DNA from: Planctomycetota bacterium
GTDB lineage: Bacteria > Planctomycetota > PLA2 > JAEUHO01
NCBI GenBank assembly: GCA_965222115.1
Contig: CBDCTJ010000007.1
Coordinates: 1,600,001-1,664,000, forward strand
Direction of reading: 5' to 3'
DNA: 64,000 nt
Each line of letters begins with the position of its first letter. Position 1 is the stretch's first letter. Shown in pieces: positions 56,521 to 64,000 of the stretch. The notes below the pieces were generated by a model. That model worked only from the letters and a program-made list of their open reading frames with translations, ran no database searches and was not told where the DNA came from. The position numbers and the translations under genes are program-made.

Positions 56521-59271
56521 ATGGAACGGTCAACGCTGATCTATGTGCTTGCGTTCCTTCTGCTGCTCGGGGGTGGGGCCGCACTGATTGTGCCGATGTT
56601 GCAGGGGCCTAGGATATTCAATGGTCCGCCGATTGAATCTCGTCCACGTGATCAAGTGTCGCCAGACAAAGACGCGGATAGTAAAACGACAAGCGAGACC
56701 AACGCTACAAGTGTTGATGTTCCGAAGCATACATGGCCCGAGATTGACGTCACGATCAAGCGTCCTGGTTCCGATGCGAGCGGTAAGCTGCAAGTGTTTG
56801 GCGCTGATCTCATCGGCGACGCCGTTCCGAATAGCGAGGGGTGGACAGCGCGACTTCAACCAAGGGATGAACCTGTTTGGATAGCGGCGCCATCGGCGGC
56901 ATGGACGTTGGTAGAACTCGATGAACTCACTCGCGAACAGCCAGTTGTGCTCAAACCCGCGTCAAAGCCCATCACCGTTTCGTTGGTCGAGGCCGACGGC
57001 ACGCCCGCAGCCGATACGCCGTTTTTCGTCCGACCAGGTCCGGCCGAAAACACGTATCGCACCAATGAAACGGGCGTCGCGAAGCTAGACCATATGCCGC
57101 GAGGCCTCATTTGGATTGGCGCGTCGACGATGGAACGGTCCGGCGCTTCGCTTCGTATCGACACGACAAAGACAACGAGTGTGACGTTAGCTTTAGAACC
57201 CGCCTGGCACATTCGTGGTAAGGCCGTGGATGAAGCGGGAAATCCAATTTCTGGCGCTGCAGTCCGCGTAATGGTTCCCGGTGCCGAATCGGGACGGTCC
57301 GTAACGACCGACAAAGCGGGGATGTTTCATTGGAAGGGTCCTGCTGCTGCACGGGTTGCCCTTGAAGTGAAACGCAACGGATTTGTAGGACATCGCATCG
57401 CAGTGACGCCGCCGGCGGTGGGGGCGATGGAAACCGATGTAGGAACGCTACACATTGTTGAGCGAGGATTTCGGCTGGAAGGGCGTGTGGCCGGCCTCGA
57501 CGAGATTGCCGACGCACGTCCGCGCATTGAAATCGAGCCCGCCGCCGCGGCCGTCGTCGCCGACATGTTTGGCGCGGGCCATGTCGTTTCGGTACCAACG
57601 ATCGTGGACGTCGCTGTCGATGGAACATTCGCGGCTGACGATCTTCCCGCCGATTTGCCCCTACGCATTTCGCTGCGCGGCGCAGGCGTGGATGTGGATG
57701 TGCGCATCTTAGGTGCTGAAGGTGCTACAAAGTCTCTGGAACTTGTTGCCGCTGCGGGTGAGACCCTTTCCGGCGCCGTGCTTGGCCCCAATGGAGAACC
57801 TGCCGCGGGACAAGTGCTATTGTTTTCACACGAGCCGCGCGATGGCAATGCGATGCAGTCCGACGACTTGCGCGTAGTTACCGATGCCGAAGGGCGTTTT
57901 CATCTATCTGGAGTCGTTGACCCGCGTCTCTTCGTGCGTGGCTATCGCGAAGGCTGCCGGAGTTTGCTTGAGACGATCGACCTGCCTCAAGAAACGCCGG
58001 CACAATTTCGCATGGAGTCCGCACTCACCGATGCCACACGGCGCGTAACGGGTACCGTGCGCGATGACGAAGGCAAACCGCTCGGTGGCGTCCGTGTGCA
58101 AGCCGCAGGCGTGAGCACCGTATCCAAGAACGACGGAACCTATGTGCTCGAAGGCGTTGAATCTCTGGCGCCTCAGATTTCGCTCTCGGCTGCGTTTCCT
58201 CTTGCACACGAAACACCGGCGGGGATTGAAGCAGCCTCGTTCTCTCCCGCCGCGGTTCGCATGAAGCCCGGTACCAATCCGGTCGACCTCAAACTCGCGC
58301 GCAGTGCAACGCTTAAGCTGCGTTTGTTGGACGGCATCGACGACGCGCCGATTCGCTTTGTGCATGTCGTTGCCCAAGCAACCAAAGGTGGTGCTGTACT
58401 GATTGATCGCGGCGTAGCAACTGCCGATGGCTCCGTTACGTTGGCCGGACTCTCGCCCGTGGCGATGAACCTCTCGCTCATGACCCACAATCGCCGGCTC
58501 ACCAAGTCGATTACGTTGCGCAGCGGAAAGACCCTAGATCTGGGTGACGTGTTGATGCCGCACGGCTTTCGCGTGACGGGCACCGTGACTGACGAGGCGG
58601 GCAAGCCATTGGCAGGCGCCACCGTGGGGGCACTTGATTCGGCATGGCAAACCCGCGGCAGCGACATCAGCAAAGAGCGCGAACTTCTCTTCCGCAGCAC
58701 CGTGACCGACAAGCAGGGACGCTACTCTCTGGAAGGGCTTGACCCTTCCGAGCCCGCGCAGATCGCCTATTGCGCGCTCGACTTTGCACCGCGCGCCAAG
58801 AAAGTGAATCCACCCAAAGACATCGCCTCGGGAATCAACGTAACGACCGACGTCAAGTTGAGCAAAGGTGCTTTCCTTGTCTTGGAACTGCTCCACGAAA
58901 CCGCCGAAGGCAGTGGCGACGGCGTGTTCGGCGCGCTCATCGATCTCGAGTACGCACGCGACGGCAGCGACTACCTCGACGTCGTTCACTGGGGCGCCCT
59001 CGGAGGACCCGTGTGCTCCGGCGATGGCTGGCGCCGTGCAAGCGACTTGTTGCTTATGGAGCAAGAACAAGACGGTCTTTATATTGCGGGCCCCTTGCTT
59101 CCCGGACCGTACGACTTGTTGGTGAGCCGCCCCGGGTTCAAGCGTATGCATCGCCGGCTTACGGTGATGAAGCCGGGTGCGGTGATCATGCGAAGCTCGC
59201 TTGAGATGGATAATCCGAGGTTGTTTGGGCGGTCGACGAAGTTTCGGTTTGAATTGACGCCGTGGAAGTAA
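56521..59271 (+). CDS. Carboxypeptidase regulatory-like (transthyretin-like beta-sandwich) repeat protein
   Basis: N-terminal TM; repeats IRGKAVDEAGNPISGA, LSGAVLGPNGEPAAG, VTGTVRDDEGKPLGG, VTGTVTDEAGKPLAGA with TDxxGRF/Y. Confidence 0.88.
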   Translation: MERSTLIYVLAFLLLLGGGAALIVPMLQGPRIFNGPPIESRPRDQVSPDKDADSKTTSETNATSVDVPKHTWPEIDVTIKRPGSDASGKLQVFGADLIGDAVPNSEGWTARLQPRDEPVWIAAPSAAWTLVELDELTREQPVVLKPASKPITVSLVEADGTPAADTPFFVRPGPAENTYRTNETGVAKLDHMPRGLIWIGASTMERSGASLRIDTTKTTSVTLALEPAWHIRGKAVDEAGNPISGAAVRVMVPGAESGRSVTTDKAGMFHWKGPAAARVALEVKRNGFVGHRIAVTPPAVGAMETDVGTLHIVERGFRLEGRVAGLDEIADARPRIEIEPAAAAVVADMFGAGHVVSVPTIVDVAVDGTFAADDLPADLPLRISLRGAGVDVDVRILGAEGATKSLELVAAAGETLSGAVLGPNGEPAAGQVLLFSHEPRDGNAMQSDDLRVVTDAEGRFHLSGVVDPRLFVRGYREGCRSLLETIDLPQETPAQFRMESALTDATRRVTGTVRDDEGKPLGGVRVQAAGVSTVSKNDGTYVLEGVESLAPQISLSAAFPLAHETPAGIEAASFSPAAVRMKPGTNPVDLKLARSATLKLRLLDGIDDAPIRFVHVVAQATKGGAVLIDRGVATADGSVTLAGLSPVAMNLSLMTHNRRLTKSITLRSGKTLDLGDVLMPHGFRVTGTVTDEAGKPLAGATVGALDSAWQTRGSDISKERELLFRSTVTDKQGRYSLEGLDPSEPAQIAYCALDFAPRAKKVNPPKDIASGINVTTDVKLSKGAFLVLELLHETAEGSGDGVFGALIDLEYARDGSDYLDVVHWGALGGPVCSGDGWRRASDLLLMEQEQDGLYIAGPLLPGPYDLLVSRPGFKRMHRRLTVMKPGAVIMRSSLEMDNPRLFGRSTKFRFELTPWK

Positions 59272-59299
59272 CCGTTCCTCTTCGGAAGTTCCACTGAAG

Positions 59300-59521
59300 C
59301 TGAACCTGAATCTTTCGCCGGATCTTGACCCTGATGGATGGGGGCTTGTGGCTGCTTGAAGGCGGCGCGGACTTCGGGGGCGGGGAAACCGAGACTCCCC
59401 CCTCTACCTCTGGGAGAGGGGGGCTTTGGAGCCGCGTACTGCTCTCAATTCACTCACGGCCTCCCCATATGACGCGACATCAGATTCAAAAGATAGGGTC
59501 AGGCCAAAGATTCAGGTTCAG
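59300..59521. repeat. Hexamer-periodic hairpin element, copy C, with a nested REP-like palindrome at 59395-59423
   Basis: Perfect 16-nt inverted repeat CTGAACCTGAATCTTT (59300-59315) / AAAGATTCAGGTTCAG (59506-59521). Confidence 0.7.
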
Positions 59522-59555
59522 AAACGGGAGCAACCGTCAAGCTCGAACACCTACC

Positions 59556-61052
59556 TCATCCCTCCACACATTCCCGTTTCGTCACATTTCTGGACGCGCG
59601 ACTTCTCTCCGACTCAATCGACGACAATACCGATTCATCCACATCCCCGGTCGGATAGTCGCCATCCATACACGCTCTGCAAAACCGGCTGACTCTGGCG
59701 ACCGGACCGCGCACGGCTTCAACCATGGCATCGAGCGGCAAATACACAATCGCGTCGGCGCCGAGGATCTTGGCGATGTCTTCGTCGGAGCGCTCGTCTT
59801 TGGCGAGGAACTCGTCGCGGGTTTGCATGTCTACGCCGTACACGCATGGGTGCTTGATGCGCGGTGAGGCGACGCCAATGTAGACGGCAGTGGCGCCGGC
59901 CTTGCGGACCATGTCCACCACGGATTTCGTCGTGGTGCCGCGGACGACGGAGTCGTCGATGAGCAGGACGCCCTTGCCGTCGAGTTCCATGGGGAGCGTG
60001 GTGAGTTTGGCGCGCACGTTCTTTTTGCGGTTGGCTTGGCCGGGCATGATGAAGGTGCGACCGACATAGCGATTCTTGAGTAGTCCTTCGCGGTAGTGGA
60101 CGCGGAGTTTCCAAGCGCACTCAAGTGCTGCGGGACGGGCGGAGTCGGGCACGGGGACAACTACATCGGGCTCGATACCGCGCGCTTTAATGTGCCTGGC
60201 GAGTTCCGCACCAAGACGGAGGCGCGCTTTGTAGACCGAGATGTCGTCAATCACGCTGTCGGGGCGCGCGAAATAGATGAACTCGAATACGCAAGGGCGG
60301 TGTTCGGTGGCGCCGTTCTTTTGAAGCACCTGGGACCGCATGCCGAGTGCGTCGATAAGCACAACTTCGCCGGGCTTTAGGTCACGCACCGGTTCAAAGC
60401 CAATCACCGTGAGCGCCACGCTTTCGCTGGCCACGGCGAATGACTCGCGACCGTCGATTTCACGCTTGCCAAGAATGGCGGGCTTGATGCCGAACGGGTC
60501 GCGGAAGGCAACAAGACCGCGTCCACCAACCATTGCTACGCCACTGTAGGAACCGCGCACGCGAGAGAAGACCTCCTGCATGCTGTTCATCACCGTGTCG
60601 TCCCAGGAGCGCTTTTCGTTTCCCGTCTCTCGTGCAAGCGCGGCGGCGAATACGTTTAGAATCGCTTCCACGTCACACGTAGTGCTCAGTCGTCGGCAGT
60701 CGTCGTCGAGCAGGCTCTGTTTGAGTTCGGGAAAGTTGGTGACGTTGCCGTTGTGAGCCATGGCAATGCCATAGGGCGTATTGGTATAGAGCGGTTGCGC
60801 GTCCATGGCGGTGCCGCCGCCCACGGTTGGATAGCGCGTGTGTCCGAGTGCCATCGAACCGGGCAAGCGCAACATGTCGCCTTCGCGAAAGACGTCGCGC
60901 ACCATGCCCGTACCGCGGCGATGATGAAAGCGATCGCCATCAAATGACGATATGCCCGCCGCATCCTGGCCGCGGTGCTGCAAAACGAGCAGCGAGTCGG
61001 CAAGTTCGCCGGCCGCATGTCTGCTACCAATCAGTCCGATAAAACCGCACAT
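59556..61052 (-). CDS. purF: Amidophosphoribosyltransferase
   Basis: N-terminal MCG, LQHRGQDAAG, GHTRY, AHNGN, FE.IYFARPDS, PVPDS, LIDDSVVRGTT. Confidence 0.97.
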   Translation of the reverse strand: MCGFIGLIGSRHAAGELADSLLVLQHRGQDAAGISSFDGDRFHHRRGTGMVRDVFREGDMLRLPGSMALGHTRYPTVGGGTAMDAQPLYTNTPYGIAMAHNGNVTNFPELKQSLLDDDCRRLSTTCDVEAILNVFAAALARETGNEKRSWDDTVMNSMQEVFSRVRGSYSGVAMVGGRGLVAFRDPFGIKPAILGKREIDGRESFAVASESVALTVIGFEPVRDLKPGEVVLIDALGMRSQVLQKNGATEHRPCVFEFIYFARPDSVIDDISVYKARLRLGAELARHIKARGIEPDVVVPVPDSARPAALECAWKLRVHYREGLLKNRYVGRTFIMPGQANRKKNVRAKLTTLPMELDGKGVLLIDDSVVRGTTTKSVVDMVRKAGATAVYIGVASPRIKHPCVYGVDMQTRDEFLAKDERSDEDIAKILGADAIVYLPLDAMVEAVRGPVARVSRFCRACMDGDYPTGDVDESVLSSIESERSRASRNVTKRECVEG

Positions 61053-61272
61053 CGCGTTTCGGCACTCCAGCCCACTCGGCGAGCCCAGTCCTCTAGACAA
61101 ACACTTTGTCACGACACGGTCGCCTTGGAGTCGGCGCGGGAAGTCTACCCCAAAGGTCCAACGCTTACGGGTGTGAAACTCGTCGGGCCCAAGATGTTCA
61201 GCCGTCCGCGGCTCCCAAATCGTGGCTACAATTTCGCGCGCGCAGCCGGCGCGGCCCTCGGATGGAGACGCT

Positions 61273-62895
61273 ATGCCACGCAGGTTCACGCTCGCATTCC
61301 CTTTGCCGGCTCAGGCACGGGCCTTCGTTTTCTTGTTTGGTCTTCTTGCCGTATCTGGCTGCGGCGGTGGGGGAGGCGGCGGCGGTAACCCGCCCGGTCC
61401 GGCACCTGCGTCCGGCGGGTTCGCGTTCGGCGTTGAGTACATGGAGGCCGGGTTGGGTGCCACCTACGCGGCCACCGGCGTCACGTGGGCAAAGACGCGC
61501 CTTGAAGCGTTCGCTTGGGGGCAGATCGAACCCAGCGAACCTGTTGGCGGCGTGCCAACGTATTCATGGGACTGCACCGATGCCGCCGTCGCCGAGTACC
61601 AGGCAGCGGGCATTGTGAATATGCAGTCCTACCTCACGCCCAAGTCGTCGTGGGCGAGTGAGGGCGCGCTCGACATTATGCCTAAGGCGCAATACATGGA
61701 TGCGTGGCGCCGCTTTGTCGCCGATCTCTTCGAGCGCTACGACGGCGACGGTGTGGACGACATGCCGGGACTTGTGCGGGGTATTACCCACTGGGTCATC
61801 GGTCCCGAATGGACTGGGTTCTGGCCCTCAGGCGATGCCGACGACTACATCGCACTCTTGGAGGCCACGCGCGACGCGGCCAAGGCTGTGTTTCCCGACT
61901 GCCAGCTCGGCACGATTCCGTTCATGTTGGAAGACGTCTTCCATGGCAATGAACCCACCGCGCAAGAGATTGCCGATCGCCTCGCGGATCCCAATCCGGT
62001 AGGGCGCAACCTTGCGGCGGGCATCTACACGATCTTGGATCGCCCTGATCTATTCGATGCCGTGTGTATCCACAGTCTCGGGCACTACACAGAGATCCCA
62101 GTCACCCTGCGCTGGTTCCGTCAACAGATGAGCGATCGCGGTTATACGAAACCGATCTGGTTTGATGACGCCTTCCCCATGCCACTGCTCGCCAACGCAT
62201 TTTGGCCGAGTCGTTACCCGATTCAGAGTCAGCAGCAACGCGACGACGTATTTGAAATCTTGCGCGACGTGGGGCGATTGCAAGAGCCCGACTACAGCAT
62301 TGCGCGTGCATGGGTCGATGCCGAAGTGGCCAAGGGCGTCGTACAGAAGGTGATCGTTGCCGCCGCCGAAGGCGCTCGCGGCATCCACATTGGCAATACC
62401 GAAGACTGGATGCACGACACAAGCGCTCCATCGCGCGACATATTCATAGGCGCTTCGGGAGCAGCCGTCATGATGGGCGCCATTAACGTGACCCACAACG
62501 ATGTCCCCGATCCCTACGAAGCTTGCAAAGTTCGCACACCCGGCGCCCCGCGCGCTTCGTATCGCAACATGGCGCTCGTCGCCGAGCGCATAGGGGATGG
62601 CACATTCGACAGTATCACCAAGTTGTCGCTTGGTGGTGGCGTGTGGGCGTATCGCTTTGAAGACGGGACCGACACTTGGTTCTGCCTATGGAGCGAAGAC
62701 GATGTACTTCAACTCATAGGCGAAGTCGAGCCGCTTGTTCCGGTGACGTTGCCACTTCCCGCGGGCACCACGCAGGTCGAGACCTTCGTTGCTGCCACAA
62801 CGGCGGCGGTGCCGACGGGAACGCTTGTGCCTGTAGTCGGCGACGCGATCGATTTGCAGCTCAGTTCGGTGCCGGTATTCGTCCACGTTCGCTAG
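61273..62895 (+). CDS. Lipoprotein with a clan GH-A-like (GH5/GH39-like) TIM barrel
   Basis: Lipobox LAVSGC plus Gly linker; W..IEP, Y.W...D, ERYDGDG.DDMPGL, WVIGPE, FDAVCIH, KPIWFDD. Confidence 0.72.
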   Translation: MPRRFTLAFPLPAQARAFVFLFGLLAVSGCGGGGGGGGNPPGPAPASGGFAFGVEYMEAGLGATYAATGVTWAKTRLEAFAWGQIEPSEPVGGVPTYSWDCTDAAVAEYQAAGIVNMQSYLTPKSSWASEGALDIMPKAQYMDAWRRFVADLFERYDGDGVDDMPGLVRGITHWVIGPEWTGFWPSGDADDYIALLEATRDAAKAVFPDCQLGTIPFMLEDVFHGNEPTAQEIADRLADPNPVGRNLAAGIYTILDRPDLFDAVCIHSLGHYTEIPVTLRWFRQQMSDRGYTKPIWFDDAFPMPLLANAFWPSRYPIQSQQQRDDVFEILRDVGRLQEPDYSIARAWVDAEVAKGVVQKVIVAAAEGARGIHIGNTEDWMHDTSAPSRDIFIGASGAAVMMGAINVTHNDVPDPYEACKVRTPGAPRASYRNMALVAERIGDGTFDSITKLSLGGGVWAYRFEDGTDTWFCLWSEDDVLQLIGEVEPLVPVTLPLPAGTTQVETFVAATTAAVPTGTLVPVVGDAIDLQLSSVPVFVHVR

Positions 62896-64000
62896 GCGGA
62901 CTCTCTGGGACTCGCGATGACGCGCATGCCCAGATGCTCCGCGCATGCCGCGTAGAGAGTGGGAATCACAAAGAGCGTGAGCACTGTGGATACGGCCAAT
63001 CCTCCGATGACGGCCCAGGCCATGCCTGCCCAGAGAGGGCCTGCGAAGAGTGCCAATGGAAGCATGCCGCCAATGGTGGTGAGCGTCGTTAGCACAATGG
63101 GTTTCATGCGGAGGCGCCCGGCCTGGGCCACAGCATCTCGAAGCTCCATCCCGTCGCTGCACCCTTGCTGAATGAAATCAATTAAGATAATCGCGTTGTT
63201 GATCACCACGCCTGCTAGCGAGATGATGCCGAGCATGGGCATGAAGCCGAGTGCCCACCCGGTAAGGAACAACGCCAGGAACGCACCTACGAGCGAGAGG
63301 GGTACCGCAGCAAGAACAATGAGCGGTTTGGCGAACGAGTTGTACTGGGTGACCAAGACCAAGAGAATGAGCACAGCGCTTAGCAAGAATGCTCCTGCCA
63401 GTTTCGCTTGACTCTCCGTGGCCTCGGCAGCCGCGCCGCCAACTTCATATCGCGTGCTAGGCGACATGCTGGCGACGAGTTCTTCCACACGATCCCGCAT
63501 ACTCTCAGTCACAGCGTTCGCCAAGAAGCCCGGGGCCACCTGGCACCCGACGGTGAGTGTTCGACTCTGCTCGCGGCGCGCGATGACGGATGGCTGCCAT
63601 GAGGAGCGCAGCGTTGCGATTGACGTAAGCGGCACCTTCGACAACCGACCATTGACGTGGACGTTGCGAAGACGCGCGAGTCGTTGACGCTCTACTGGAT
63701 CCAAACGCAAGATCACCGGCACTTGGTGGTCGCCATCGCGGTAGACCGTGAGTTGGCGTCCCGAGATCAGGCCGCTCATCGTGCTGGCCACGTCGATGTT
63801 GGTGACGCCGGCCAAGTTGGCGCGGCTGGCATCGACATCGACTTCCACTTGATAGCTTGGGTTCTTCCAGTCGCTCATCGGGGCAAGCGTGCCGGGCGTC
63901 TCGCGGAAGATCTGAATTAACGCCTCTGCGCTCTCGCGCAGCTCATCGGAATCATCGTTGATGAGACGATACTCCACGGGGTACTTCACAGCCGGGCCCA
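62892..64000 (-). CDS. RND efflux transporter permease (AcrB/CusA family), C-terminal part; 5' end lies outside the window
   Basis: QYNSF.KPL.VL.AVPLS..G, GII.LAGVVINNAIILIDF, R.KPI.LTTLTT.GG.LPL, VIGGL..ST.LTL..IP. Confidence 0.93.
   Translation of the reverse strand, partial: GPAVKYPVEYRLINDDSDELRESAEALIQIFRETPGTLAPMSDWKNPSYQVEVDVDASRANLAGVTNIDVASTMSGLISGRQLTVYRDGDHQVPVILRLDPVERQRLARLRNVHVNGRLSKVPLTSIATLRSSWQPSVIARREQSRTLTVGCQVAPGFLANAVTESMRDRVEELVASMSPSTRYEVGGAAAEATESQAKLAGAFLLSAVLILLVLVTQYNSFAKPLIVLAAVPLSLVGAFLALFLTGWALGFMPMLGIISLAGVVINNAIILIDFIQQGCSDGMELRDAVAQAGRLRMKPIVLTTLTTIGGMLPLALFAGPLWAGMAWAVIGGLAVSTVLTLFVIPTLYAACAEHLGMRVIASPRESA

Noticed and set aside
61053-61270. Possible ZTP, PRPP or purine riboswitch upstream of purF
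   Set aside because: No recognisable consensus. The region is explained by divergent promoters, with TAGACT and TACAAT candidate -10 boxes.
61366-61386. GGC-rich run as a contingency (phase-variable) repeat
   Set aside because: It uses mixed Gly codons and encodes an ordinary post-lipobox Gly linker in frame.

Overview
A gene-dense, GC-rich bacterial chromosomal segment, probably from a member of Planctomycetota. This taxonomy is an inference from the MreB N-terminus and the DUF58/BatA, TPR-CHAT and carboxypeptidase-regulatory-repeat proteins. Most of the window is housekeeping: ftsY-nusB-ribH, moeA-lnt, a complete mreB-mreC-mreD-mrdA-rodA operon followed by a frameshifted ctpA, tsaD, a two-component system, tRNA-Glu, pabB-xerC, ymdB-xseA, xseB-ispA-dxs, a desaturase, ahcY, nadK, an ABC exporter, purF and a partial RND transporter. 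I saw no prophage, IS, CRISPR array or rRNA. Four observations stand out. (1) PBP2 carries a ~150-aa insert inside its transpeptidase domain that reads as a catalytically dead histidine-kinase ATPase (HATPase_c/GHKL) fold, plus a Cys-rich insert. It lies in an elongasome locus preceded by two uncharacterised membrane proteins. (2) A family of ~160-230 bp hairpin elements with hexamer-periodic arms occurs three times, each time between convergent genes. (3) A TANNNT box lies 6-7 nt before the start codon of about nine genes, suggesting widespread leaderless mRNAs. (4) Several proteins look degenerate or catalytically altered (rhomboid, HemY-like, secretin-like, GH-A-like). All family assignments come from motif recognition by eye; no database searches were run. 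Start codons were refined manually where the ORF track over-extends.
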